From Candidatus Poribacteria bacterium (GTDB lineage Bacteria; Poribacteria; WGA-4E; WGA-3G), in assembly GCA_965197475.1 (NCBI GenBank), contig CBDANF010000002.1, positions 288,001-352,000 on the forward strand: 64,000 nucleotides of DNA, written 5' to 3'. The position numbers and the translations under genes are program-made. The notes below the pieces were generated by a model that made no database searches, was not told where the DNA came from, and saw nothing but the letters and a program-made list of their open reading frames with translations. Of the stretch, positions 1 through 9,942 are shown piece by piece (positions within the stretch are counted from its first letter, which is position 1; each line of letters opens with the position of its first letter).

Positions 1-287
1 GGGGCATTACTCGGAACAACTTATGGAGTTTTACTCGGAGTGTTGCGGGCATTTTTCCTCATTTTCGAGAATATGCATGGAAGCTGCCACTTGTCGTCGC
101 GCTTGCTATCTTTATGAATATGATTATTGCAGCAACGGTGGGAACAATCATTCCGATGTTCTTCAAACGTATCCGTATTGACCCTGCTGTTGCTACGGGA
201 CCTTTCGTTACAACTGCGATTGATGTAATTGGTATTTTTAGTTACTTTTTGTTGGCGGAAATTTTTCTCTTTGGAGAATTGGTGTAG
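1..287 (+). CDS. mgtE: Magnesium transporter MgtE, 3' part (window edge)
   Basis: Manual translation gives ...IIPMFFKRIRIDPAVATGPFVTTAIDVIGIFSYF..., the MgtE C-terminal membrane motif; stop TAG at 285-287. Confidence 0.85.
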   Translation, partial: GITRNNLWSFTRSVAGIFPHFREYAWKLPLVVALAIFMNMIIAATVGTIIPMFFKRIRIDPAVATGPFVTTAIDVIGIFSYFLLAEIFLFGELV

Positions 288-328
288 GCATCAGAAGATA
301 GTGATCCCTCACCGTCGTTTAATGAAGG

Positions 329-811
329 GTGTCCAAAATGGCTACGGCAATTGAAATCAAAGAGGTCACACCCGATAAGACTTTGGAAGTTTGCGCTCAG
401 CAGATTATTGTGGGTTATTTCCGAGAAATGATGTCACATAAAACAGGTGCAAGCCATGGCTCCGATATTGAATTCGTACACGATATGCGTGTCGCCTCTC
501 GGCGGTTACGTGCCGCAATGGACAACTTCGCTGACTGTTTTGAAAAAGAGCCGTTCAAAAAATACTATAATCAGATAAGAACTATTACACAGGCAATGGG
601 AGCAGTGCGCGATCTTGATGTCCTCATCGCTCATTTTCAAAAGGAGTTATCTATCCTAACTGAAATTGAACAGAGGGATATCAGTGGATTGATTGAACAC
701 CTACAGCAAAAACGGGAAAAAGCACGAAAGCCGATGTTAGATCTGTTTACAGAACTTGATGAGACCGATTTTGAAACACAATTTCTGATGTTCTTTGAGG
801 CAGGAACATGA
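329..811 (+). CDS. CHAD domain protein (polyphosphate-binding)
   Basis: HDMRVASRRLR and GAVRDLDV motifs of CHAD. Confidence 0.85.
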   Translation: MSKMATAIEIKEVTPDKTLEVCAQQIIVGYFREMMSHKTGASHGSDIEFVHDMRVASRRLRAAMDNFADCFEKEPFKKYYNQIRTITQAMGAVRDLDVLIAHFQKELSILTEIEQRDISGLIEHLQQKREKARKPMLDLFTELDETDFETQFLMFFEAGT

Positions 812-815
812 TAAA

Positions 816-1280
816 ATGGCAAAGCCGCAGAAGATTATAGGAATCAACCCGAAGCAAAGTTTTCGCGAGAATGCAAGTATAATCCTACCACAAAAGGTCG
901 AAGAGGTTTATAGTTGGGAGCAGTTTATTCGAGACCCGGAGCGGCGTGAAGAACTCCACAACATGCGGATTTCGATTAAGAGGCTCCGGTATACAATGGA
1001 GTTTTTTGCAGAAAACTACGATAAACATTTTACTGATCTTATTGAAACTATTATTGAATTGCAAGATATACTCGGCGATATACACGATAGTGATGTCGTC
1101 TTAGAGGTTCTAACAGAATATAAAGAAAACCTTCAACCTGCTGTGTTGAGTGGGGTTGACACACTTATCGCACGCACTCGCGAAACTCGCAATGCTGACT
1201 ATGAAAAGTTTATAGAAAAATGGGAACAATTATCAGCAATAGGTTTCAAACAGAAACTACTCGCAATTATTGCGTCGTAG
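816..1280 (+). CDS. CHAD domain protein
   Basis: LHNMRISIKRLRY and LQDILGDIHDSDV motifs; probable ATG at 816. Confidence 0.85.
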   Translation: MAKPQKIIGINPKQSFRENASIILPQKVEEVYSWEQFIRDPERREELHNMRISIKRLRYTMEFFAENYDKHFTDLIETIIELQDILGDIHDSDVVLEVLTEYKENLQPAVLSGVDTLIARTRETRNADYEKFIEKWEQLSAIGFKQKLLAIIAS

Positions 1281-1355
1281 AAAACGCACACTAAAATAAC
1301 ACTGATGATGCTCAGAAACCTATTGAAGCTTGCTACTACTATAAAAGGAATAAAA

Positions 1356-2330
1356 ATGAATACCAATGTTGTCGGAGTAGATATGGGCGGCACAAAGATT
1401 CTCGCAGCCATTGTTGATGCAGAAGGTAATATCCTAAGTACAGCCAAAATTCCAACGCAAGCGGAAAATAATACGTCTATCGTTATTGATCGGATTGCAG
1501 ATTGTATCCAAAAGGCGATTGATAAATCTCGTGTCGATCCTGACTCAATTGGAGCAATCGGAATTGGCGCGCCGGGACCGCTTGATCCAGAAACAGGGGT
1601 TGTGATTTTCGCACCAAATCTTGGCTGGAAAGATGTGCCTTTGAAAACTGAACTTGAGACCAGAGTCCATATTCCCACTTTTGTTGACAACGACGTAAAC
1701 GTAGGAACGCTTGGTGAACATACGTTCGGTGCAGGGCAAAACGTTCAGAATTTGGTTGGAATTTTTGTCGGCACCGGGATCGGGGGAGGCATTATTCTGA
1801 ACGGCGAACTTTTCCACGGTGCAAGCAAGACTGCGGGAGAGATCGGACATATCATTGTCAAAGCGGACGGTCCTAAGTGCGGGTGTGGCACCCGCGGTTG
1901 CTTAGAAGCACTCGCAAGTCGCACTGCGATGACGAAACAATTTCAAAAAGCTATCCTAAAAAAAGGCAAAAAAAGTATCCTCACAAAACTCACCGATGGT
2001 GACCTTGGGTTAATTCGGAGCGGCACCTTAGCTAAAGCAATTCGTAGAAAAGATAAATTAACGCTGAAAGTTTTCAAAAATACGATAAAATACCTCGGTG
2101 TCGGTATCGGTTCGATTGTGAATTTCTTAAATCCGCAGATGATAGTACTTGGAGGCGGTGTTGTTGAGGCACTTGGCAATACATTCATAGACGATATCCG
2201 CAAAGCTACCAAGAAGTATGCACTACCCGATACGTTAAAAGGTGTCCAGATCGTGGGAGCGCAACTGGGAGATAATGCCGGTATTCTTGGGGCAGCAGCG
2301 TTGGCAAGACAGAGATTCAAAGCGGGATAG
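1356..2330 (+). CDS. ROK family sugar kinase (glucokinase-like)
   Basis: GVDMGGTK, DNDVN, GTGIGGG, AGEIGH, CGCGxxGCLE motifs. Confidence 0.92.
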   Translation: MNTNVVGVDMGGTKILAAIVDAEGNILSTAKIPTQAENNTSIVIDRIADCIQKAIDKSRVDPDSIGAIGIGAPGPLDPETGVVIFAPNLGWKDVPLKTELETRVHIPTFVDNDVNVGTLGEHTFGAGQNVQNLVGIFVGTGIGGGIILNGELFHGASKTAGEIGHIIVKADGPKCGCGTRGCLEALASRTAMTKQFQKAILKKGKKSILTKLTDGDLGLIRSGTLAKAIRRKDKLTLKVFKNTIKYLGVGIGSIVNFLNPQMIVLGGGVVEALGNTFIDDIRKATKKYALPDTLKGVQIVGAQLGDNAGILGAAALARQRFKAG

Positions 2331-2377
2331 ATCTCAAGTTCAGATACAGAGGTCTTAAATCAGGGGAGGGAGAATCC

Positions 2378-4057
2378 ATGTTAGTTGATGATAATAGAGA
2401 AGAACATCGAATGATGATTTTTGGAAACGATAGCCGCCTCGTACATGAGCGGTTAATCGTGAACAATAAAACAAACAATCAAGGTATTCTGGCACAGAAG
2501 GTGCATGAGGATTCCTATACCGTAACTTTATATGCGTTACTAAAGGATTACGGTCTTACACCTGTGTTTCGAATCAAACCGCGTATCCGGTTCCATCGAT
2601 CTAACTACGATAACCTCTCATCAAGTGCCCCGCTCCAATATACCCCCAACGACATCATCCATTTCGCGGAACTCAAACGCGGTACTGTTTTGATGGAGAA
2701 GATAGACGATGTTAAATTAGCTGAAATCCTCGGCGATGCGCCGACTATCGCAAATATGACTGATGACCCCGCTTTGCAACTCGTTTCGCAACGTGATGTA
2801 TCGCTTTGCAACCCGCCTTTCAAAACCAAAACAAAGGTCTTTGGAAAAAGTGAGGACGAAGGGGTGGAGGAGGCAGGTATCCCTATCGGATCATTCCTTG
2901 ATGCGCTTAATCAACCGCAACGTACCGAGCAGATTTTCAGAAAGTTTTCTCGTGGAAGTGAGTTTGCACGCGATCTGCGTAAGGCTTTGGAAAACTACGA
3001 AACTTATGAATTTCAATTCGGTCTCTATTCCCGATATGAGCGGCGAGATTGTGTCTTGGCAGGTGGAGATGCGGAAACAAGTGGATATTACCGCGCAACC
3101 TTTGATCCGTGGACAGCACTCGGATATATCCGGACTAGCGGCGATAAACAGCAGTTCCAAATTCTGGCACACGAACGCGGCACACGATGGGAACACAAAG
3201 TTATGTTGGAGAAACTTGATGCCGCTACGCTTGAACGACTCGCCGCAGAAATTCCTAAACTCCGAAGTAAATATCTTATTGGACGCGTCTTATCCAAAAG
3301 CCAGACAGCATTAACACGGTTGGCACAACTCCGTAAATCACAACTGAATCTAACAACCGATTTAGATACGGGGTATACCCTTCAGTTAGAGATACCTATT
3401 CCTGAAAAGCGGTTCTCTGTAATAGACCATCGCCGAAAATTGCGGTCCGTGTTTAATGGTAATGGAAATTACCAACTACATCCGCTCAACGGAGAATTTG
3501 TTGAAAAACACCTCAACTTGGCAAAGGGAGTTCAAGATGGTGTTGTCTGGACACTTGATAACGTTGACCTACTGACAGGCCCTCTTCCATTAACAGAGCA
3601 GAATGAAGATTTTCCTATCACCAAAATCCTACATCAAAACAGATTTGTGGTGCGCTCCGCAGAGGAGCTTCGCGAACGTCTCCCTAAAAACGGATTTGAG
3701 AAGTGTTGGAACGAATCTATTGACGAGGGGGGCTATACCGTCCTTAGCCAAACAACTGGCAGAGTTTATGCTGTGGGTTACGGACGGAAGATTACCGGCA
3801 GTATCCATAAAGGCAAAATTAGGAAAGGCGAAGCAGCCTACTATCTCTCAATTGAATACTTGGGAATAGACCCGTCACGTGCAGAAATACCGCGCTTTGA
3901 GGTGCCAGCGGAAGCACAACGAAGTTTCTTTGATAGACTTTTTAAAAGAGAGCCTGTCCCGCCTTTCTATAGTCAACTGATGCAAACCGAGGTGCAGGTC
4001 ATTGACGAGATGAAAACGCTCGCGCGGCACTGTAAAGAGAAGCTAAAGATACCGTAA
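2378..4057 (+). CDS. Divergent VTC/CYTH-like (polyphosphate polymerase-like) domain protein
   Basis: Ordered motifs TLY...KPRIR...ELKR...YERR...RATFD...EHK...SK resemble the VTC domain; next to CHAD genes. Confidence 0.5.
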   Translation: MLVDDNREEHRMMIFGNDSRLVHERLIVNNKTNNQGILAQKVHEDSYTVTLYALLKDYGLTPVFRIKPRIRFHRSNYDNLSSSAPLQYTPNDIIHFAELKRGTVLMEKIDDVKLAEILGDAPTIANMTDDPALQLVSQRDVSLCNPPFKTKTKVFGKSEDEGVEEAGIPIGSFLDALNQPQRTEQIFRKFSRGSEFARDLRKALENYETYEFQFGLYSRYERRDCVLAGGDAETSGYYRATFDPWTALGYIRTSGDKQQFQILAHERGTRWEHKVMLEKLDAATLERLAAEIPKLRSKYLIGRVLSKSQTALTRLAQLRKSQLNLTTDLDTGYTLQLEIPIPEKRFSVIDHRRKLRSVFNGNGNYQLHPLNGEFVEKHLNLAKGVQDGVVWTLDNVDLLTGPLPLTEQNEDFPITKILHQNRFVVRSAEELRERLPKNGFEKCWNESIDEGGYTVLSQTTGRVYAVGYGRKITGSIHKGKIRKGEAAYYLSIEYLGIDPSRAEIPRFEVPAEAQRSFFDRLFKREPVPPFYSQLMQTEVQVIDEMKTLARHCKEKLKIP

Positions 4058-4102
4058 ATATTCAGATTTTACGTTGAAAACTATCTCTGTGAGGTAAAAC
4101 AG

Positions 4103-5284
4103 ATGATACAAAGACTTGAAGTTAAGGGACTCAATAATCGTCTTGATGGTGAGTTTGAGTTCAATGAAGACTTGAACATTTTTACAGGAGCAAACGGCTC
4201 AGGTAAGACAACATTGCTGAAGTTGATATGGTACCTTATCAGTGGACATCTTGAGCAAACTCTATCAGAAATTCCGTTTTCTTCTCTTTCAATTGAAACC
4301 GAACCGTTTTCTTTAACTATGGATCGACATAAACCTGAAGAACTTATACTGGGATTGAATTTTCCGAGTAGAGGTAGCCAGCAACGTATAAAGATAGATC
4401 CTGAAACCAATACGATTGACCAAAAGAATGTTGATAATATTAATACACTTGAGAAACGAATCGTCGAATCGTCCAAGGGAAGTCTTTTTTTTCCTACGTT
4501 CAGGAGAATTGAAGGTGGTTTTTCAATTGGTTCCAGAAGTTTGACAGATACTGAGGACACGGTTGTACTAAGACTATTAAGTTCAACGACAGAGAAGCTT
4601 CTGACTGCGATATCACAACTATCAGATGATATGTCTTCCGAAAGACACAAGTTCATAACCTCGGTTTCAACTATGGATATAATAAAATTACTTCCGGAAA
4701 AATACGTTAATATTTATCAAGAAATCAGCACGCTTCAATCTCAGGTATTAGCAAATATCTCAAGAGAAATACAAAGTAATCCTGATAAAGACAAAGTTGG
4801 TGAGATTCCTAAAAGTGCTTCTGCCCTTCTGGGTGCTATCCAGAAGGTTGATAAGGAAACAGAACAATTGAAGAAGCCGTTTTCTGTGTTGTCTGAGTTG
4901 ACTCGAAAGATTCTACGATACAATGCAATTCTGATAGCCGAAAAGTTAGTTCTTGGAGAAAAAGCCGATGATCTTGCCTTTGAAGAAGAAAGTGATGACA
5001 TTGCAATTGAAGAAATAAATGATGCAATCTCCTCCGACAAACTTTCTTCCGGTGAAAAGCAGATGCTCAGTTATTTGTGCTACAACGCTTTCTATGATAA
5101 TACGCCTATTTTTATTGACGAACCGGAATTAAGTCTTCACGTGGATTGGCAAAGGATACTCTTTCCTACTCTGCTTGAACAGGCAACAGGAAATCAATTT
5201 TTCGTCGCCACACATTCACCTTTCATATATACAAAGTACCCTGACAAAGAATTTCTGTTAGACGAAGATCGCGGAGAGAGTTAA
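4103..5284 (+). CDS. AAA_21/ABC-type ATPase (AriA-like, PARIS-type defence)
   Basis: Walker A GANGSGKT, signature LSSGEKQ, Walker B FIDEPELSLH, ATHSP. Confidence 0.8.
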   Translation: MIQRLEVKGLNNRLDGEFEFNEDLNIFTGANGSGKTTLLKLIWYLISGHLEQTLSEIPFSSLSIETEPFSLTMDRHKPEELILGLNFPSRGSQQRIKIDPETNTIDQKNVDNINTLEKRIVESSKGSLFFPTFRRIEGGFSIGSRSLTDTEDTVVLRLLSSTTEKLLTAISQLSDDMSSERHKFITSVSTMDIIKLLPEKYVNIYQEISTLQSQVLANISREIQSNPDKDKVGEIPKSASALLGAIQKVDKETEQLKKPFSVLSELTRKILRYNAILIAEKLVLGEKADDLAFEEESDDIAIEEINDAISSDKLSSGEKQMLSYLCYNAFYDNTPIFIDEPELSLHVDWQRILFPTLLEQATGNQFFVATHSPFIYTKYPDKEFLLDEDRGES

Positions 5285-6040
5285 TGTTACAGCGACACCC
5301 TACGGTGGACGAATTGGTTTCTACTCTTCGTAGATCGAAACTACCAACGGTTGTTGTGGAAGGTAGAGATGATATGCAGATCTTTCGGTGGATGGAAGAT
5401 CTCCTTGAGGTTCACGAAGTCGATATTCTTGGAGTAGGTGGAAGACCTAATCTATTTGCTATTTATGATAGAAAAAGCGAATTTGCCCATCTACCCGTTG
5501 CTGGATCGAGATAAAGAATTGTTCACACAGCTGCCATCTGGTTATCAAGAAATCATTTGGACACAAGGATATAGCATTGAGAACGACTTATATGCGGGTG
5601 TTGATCCAAGTTTAGAGAACTTGATGGATCCTCAGGAAACAGATGAACATGGGCAATTACTAAATACAATTACTGAATGGTTTGCATTTGAAGTTGAGGA
5701 ATTTTTAGCTGGTAGAACTCCAGAGTTTAATCACCATTGCAATGAAGTTGTCCCCCGAAATCAAACTGAAATGGACGATAGTTTTCGTCAACGCCGAGGA
5801 TTTCGCCTCCCTAATTCAAAACTCCAACAACAGATAAAAGACGCGTATCAACTTCAATTGAAAGGAAAACTTCTTTTTCAAATGTTAGTTCGTTTTCTTA
5901 GTAAGTCTAACCGCCGGATCAAGCATAGTATTCACGGTCTATATGAAATCGCATTTAAGATGACTCCTTTTCACCCTCTGATGAATAGGCTAATACAAGA
6001 AATTGAAACAAAAATTGCAGCACACAGACTAACTCCCTAA
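5284..6040 (+). pseudogene. DUF4435/TOPRIM-like protein (AriB-like), frameshifted near 5500
   Basis: VVVEGRDD, DRD and YSIEN motifs split over ORFs 5284-5514 and 5438-6040; TAATG overlap with the ATPase. Confidence 0.7.
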
Positions 6041-6081
6041 ACACCTCATTATATCCCAACAGAAGGAAACACCGAAAAATA

Positions 6082-6909
6082 ATGCAAAACCGCAGAAAAG
6101 TCCTCATCACCGGTGCAGCAGGTTATATAGCCGGACGCATGCTACCCGAATTCCGCAAACGCTACGACCTTGTCCTACTTGACGTCAGAACCACAAATCG
6201 GCAAGGAGAAGAGGTTAAAGATCTTCAAATCGTTGACGTTAGCGACCCTGACCGTGAGTTATACAAACACTATTTTGAAGGTGTTGATGCTGTCGTCCAC
6301 TGTGCATTCAAAGGCGGCGGATTTGAAAGCGAACTCAACAACATTCAGATGGCATATAATATCTACCATACCTGTTTTGAAATGGATGTCCGACGCGTTG
6401 TTGTCTGTAGTTCTAACCATGCAGCAGACTATTATGAACGACTTATTTGGGCAGGCAAATGGGATTTCGTAACACCAGAAATGCGTCCGTTGTCAGATAA
6501 CTTCTATGGATGGGCGAAAGAGGCTTATGAACATCTCGGTTTTGTCTTTGCGACTGGACACAGGAAAAATAAGAAGCTGCAGAATGTGCAAATCCGTATC
6601 GGTGCACCGCGGGAAACGGATATGAATGATGTCACAGCGGATAATTATCAGAAGATGCACCGCGCACTTGGCGCATATCTGAGTGTTCGCGATCAGGTTC
6701 AACTCTTTGTCAAGAGCATTGAGACAGAGAATATAGAGGACGAAAACGGAATTCCATTCCAGATTTTCTACGGTATCAGCGACAATTCACATAAGTTCTG
6801 GAGTATCACCAACGCACGAGAGGTGATAGACTACGCGCCAGAGGACAATAGCGCATTCCGTTTTGCTGAACGGATAGCACAAATTTTCAAACAGACAGAA
6901 GACGTATAA
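6082..6909 (+). CDS. NAD(P)-dependent epimerase/dehydratase (uronate dehydrogenase-like SDR)
   Basis: ITGAAGYIA, SSNHA, YGWAK, IRIG motifs. Confidence 0.85.
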   Translation: MQNRRKVLITGAAGYIAGRMLPEFRKRYDLVLLDVRTTNRQGEEVKDLQIVDVSDPDRELYKHYFEGVDAVVHCAFKGGGFESELNNIQMAYNIYHTCFEMDVRRVVVCSSNHAADYYERLIWAGKWDFVTPEMRPLSDNFYGWAKEAYEHLGFVFATGHRKNKKLQNVQIRIGAPRETDMNDVTADNYQKMHRALGAYLSVRDQVQLFVKSIETENIEDENGIPFQIFYGISDNSHKFWSITNAREVIDYAPEDNSAFRFAERIAQIFKQTEDV

Positions 6910-6964
6910 TCCCTCCTTTAAGTTTTAAGACACAGTAGAGGCATTTCACAAAAGGATTCCCGTA

Positions 6965-7987
6965 ATGCCGAACCTCACCGCAGAAGAACTCACCGCCATT
7001 TGTCTAAACGTCTTTAAAAGATTAAATATCCCAACATCCGAAGCGGAAGTCGTAACCCGTTCCATGGTGGATGCCAACCGCGTTGGACACGATTCACACG
7101 GCGTTATCCACTTGCCGAAATATGTGCGGGAATTGGAAACAGGATTAATCCAACCGGGTGTACCGACAGAAACTCTACACGAATCTGCATCTATAGCAGT
7201 ATTAGATGGCAATTGGGGCTTTGGTCCCGTTATTGCGACGCGTGCCGTTACGTTAGCAATCCAGAAGGCAAGGCAGACAGATGTCAGCTCTGTTGCTGTG
7301 TCAAGGTGCAACGAGATGGGTCGGTTAGGTGGATATGCATGCCTCGCGGCAGATGCCGAGATGATTGGGCTGCTCATGGCAAACGATCACGGGGGTGGCA
7401 CTTGTGTCGCACCGCATGGCGGAATTGAAGGACGACTCTCTACTAATCCAATTGCGTGTGCCGTCCCGATTGAAGGGCAAAATCCGATTGTGTTGGATAT
7501 GTCCACAAGCGTTGTTGCTTCGGGAAAGATTCGTGTTAAACAGCATCGCAATGAAGCACTTCCACACGGTTGGCTCATCAATGCGGAAGGGGAGTCAACC
7601 ACTGATGCAGAGGATTTCTATAGAGTGCCACCCGCTGCTTTATTACCGTTCGGTGGAATTGCAGCACATAAGGGATTTGGATTGAGTGTAATTGTGGATA
7701 TTCTTGCAGGCGCGCTTACAAGTGCGGGTTGCAGCCGAAGTGAGGATGTACGCGTCGGTAATGGGTTGTTTGTATTTGTAATTAATGTCGCGAGTTTTAG
7801 GGAATTTTCCGGATTCAGTGCTGAGATAGCGCGATTTATTGAATATCTCAAATCTACGAAGCGCGCTGTTGGGGTTGATACAATTCGGGTGCCGGGAGAA
7901 CGCGGTTGGGATGAACAACGCAAACGGGAGCAGGAAGGTATTCCTATAGATGTGGAGACGTGGCAGCAGATTCAATCGCTATTGTAA
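6965..7987 (+). CDS. Ldh_2 family oxidoreductase (type 2 malate/L-lactate dehydrogenase)
   Basis: GHDSHG, DGNWGFG, STNPIA, LDMSTS, HKGFGL, RVPGE motifs. Confidence 0.92.
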   Translation: MPNLTAEELTAICLNVFKRLNIPTSEAEVVTRSMVDANRVGHDSHGVIHLPKYVRELETGLIQPGVPTETLHESASIAVLDGNWGFGPVIATRAVTLAIQKARQTDVSSVAVSRCNEMGRLGGYACLAADAEMIGLLMANDHGGGTCVAPHGGIEGRLSTNPIACAVPIEGQNPIVLDMSTSVVASGKIRVKQHRNEALPHGWLINAEGESTTDAEDFYRVPPAALLPFGGIAAHKGFGLSVIVDILAGALTSAGCSRSEDVRVGNGLFVFVINVASFREFSGFSAEIARFIEYLKSTKRAVGVDTIRVPGERGWDEQRKREQEGIPIDVETWQQIQSLL

Positions 7988-8056
7988 GATTCCGTTGCGA
8001 AATGCTCTTGTAGGAGGGTTTTGTAAAACCCGATTTTGAAGAAGGCAATGCTGAAA

Positions 8057-9148
8057 TTATGCTGTCAACAATTTGCCTGTCTCTGGGTGGAATAGATGCG
8101 CTTTGTCAATGTCAAAACTGACCTTCAGCGGTGTGTTGTGAGGTGGTAAATTGACAAGATTAGATTGCACAACAAAACTGTTCTTCTCTGTCCGCAGATA
8201 CAGCAGCGCATGGTTTCCGAGCGGTTCAACTAATTCTACCTGCGTTGAAACCTGATTTACCCCGTTCTTGCCAATGTGGATATCCTCTGGTCGGATGCCG
8301 AGTGTCACTGAGTTCCCCGAAAGCTCACTGAGGACTGCCTGCAAATCAGGATTCAGTTCCACCTCAAAATTTTCAAACCTAAGTTTCGGTATGCCATCGT
8401 TATTAACAATGTTTGTATCTATAAAGTTCATTGGTGGCGTGCCGATGAAACCCCCGACAAATTGATTTGCAGGTTTGTGGTAGAGCGTCCCCGGAGCCGC
8501 AATTTGCTGGATTTTCCCTTCATTGAGAACGACAATCTGATCCCCCATCGTCATCGCTTCAACCTGATCGTGCGTGACATAGACAATCGTCGCGTTGAGT
8601 CGGTCATGTAAACGACTAATTTCCATCCGCATTTGCACGCGCAGCTTCGCATCAAGATTGCTCAACGGTTCATCAAATAGAAATACCTTCGGATGCCGAA
8701 CGATTGCCCTACCAACCGCAACGCGTTGGCGTTCGCCACCGGAAAGATGTTTCGGTTTGCGGTTCAATAGATGGGAAATACTGAGAATGTCTGCTGCTTC
8801 GTTGACGCGTTGGTCAATCTCGCTTTTCGGATATTTACGAAGTTTCAATCCGAACGCCATGTTCTTATATACCGTCATGTGTGGGTAGAGCGCATAGTTT
8901 TGGAAGACCATGGCGATATCCCTATCTTTCGGTGGGATTTCGTTAACGCGTTCGTCGTCAATATAGATGTCTCCCTCTGTTACTGCCTCTAATCCGGCAA
9001 TCATCCGCAAAATTGTTGATTTGCCACACCCCGAAGGACCGACAAGCACAGTAAACGACTCATCCGGAATCTGAAAGTCTGCCTTATCAACCGCGAGGAC
9101 ATCACCGTCGTAAATTTTGGTAACATCTTTCAAATTAACGTGCGCCAT
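8057..9148 (-). CDS. Sugar ABC transporter ATP-binding protein (MalK/UgpC family)
   Basis: GPSGCGKST, VFQNYALYPHM, LSGGERQRVA, DEPLSNLDAKLR, TOBE C-terminus. Confidence 0.95.
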   Translation of the reverse strand: MAHVNLKDVTKIYDGDVLAVDKADFQIPDESFTVLVGPSGCGKSTILRMIAGLEAVTEGDIYIDDERVNEIPPKDRDIAMVFQNYALYPHMTVYKNMAFGLKLRKYPKSEIDQRVNEAADILSISHLLNRKPKHLSGGERQRVAVGRAIVRHPKVFLFDEPLSNLDAKLRVQMRMEISRLHDRLNATIVYVTHDQVEAMTMGDQIVVLNEGKIQQIAAPGTLYHKPANQFVGGFIGTPPMNFIDTNIVNNDGIPKLRFENFEVELNPDLQAVLSELSGNSVTLGIRPEDIHIGKNGVNQVSTQVELVEPLGNHALLYLRTEKNSFVVQSNLVNLPPHNTPLKVSFDIDKAHLFHPETGKLLTA

Positions 9149-9157
9149 TGCTTCTCC

Positions 9158-9355
9158 TCAAACACGCGACCGAAGGGAACTTAGGATTAACGCGACAAGA
9201 AAGCCAACGACAAGTTGCCAAGCGAAAAAGTGTTTTAGGAGGAAGCTGAATATAGTTTCATTCTTTTTCATCTTAATCCTGTCGAATATTTCACCGCCGG
9301 CAACGACCTTTGATTTGCTGACCCAGTTCCCGTATCCCTTCTTATCAACAGCAAT
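9158..9355 (-). pseudogene. 3' fragment of a paralog of the neighbouring carboxypeptidase-regulatory-like domain gene
   Basis: Translates as ...AVDKKGYGNWVSKSKVVAGGEIFDRIKMKKNETIFSFLLKHFF...RV*, matching the C-half of 9403-9876; no start codon. Confidence 0.65.
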
Positions 9356-9402
9356 TAATTTATGGTGTACGCCATAGGTTCCCGCAAATACGGGTTTGAA
9401 AA

Positions 9403-9876
9403 TTACAATTCTGCACCGGTAAAGATGAGAATAAAGGCAAAGACAAGTGCAAAGAAGAAGAATCCAAATTTTTCAGTAAAAAAGGTAAAAATGTTTTCTT
9501 TTTTTCTTATCTTGATTCGGTCGAAGATTTCGCCACCGGCTGCAACAACCTTCGATCTGCCGATCCGGTCCCCATAACCGTTCTTAGAAACACTAATTGT
9601 GTAGCGACCAGCAGGTAAACCTTTCAACTCGTAGACACCTTTTTCATTTGTTAGCACGGTATATTCTTTGTCGTTAGCCGCATTAACAATTTTAACGGTA
9701 ACTCCCGCTATCGGTCTCTGTTCTGGAGATGTATCAATAACTTCGCCTCGAATCGTTGCACCCGCAACGACCTCTTCTTGTGCTATGGCAATGCTAACGG
9801 ACATACTCATACAGACAATTAACATTGAAATTAAACTAAAACGAGTCATCTTTTCTGTTCCCATTTCAAACATCAT
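9403..9876 (-). CDS. Carboxypeptidase-regulatory-like domain protein with signal peptide and C-terminal TM anchor
   Basis: IRGEVID...PIAGVTV...TNEKGVYELKGLPAGRYTISVSKNGY. Confidence 0.8.
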   Translation of the reverse strand: MMFEMGTEKMTRFSLISMLIVCMSMSVSIAIAQEEVVAGATIRGEVIDTSPEQRPIAGVTVKIVNAANDKEYTVLTNEKGVYELKGLPAGRYTISVSKNGYGDRIGRSKVVAAGGEIFDRIKIRKKENIFTFFTEKFGFFFFALVFAFILIFTGAEL

Positions 9877-9942
9877 TAGGAATAGCTAATCTATAAGACA
9901 TAGATATTGCCTTTTAGGATTACCATGTTTGTAGTAGCCAAT

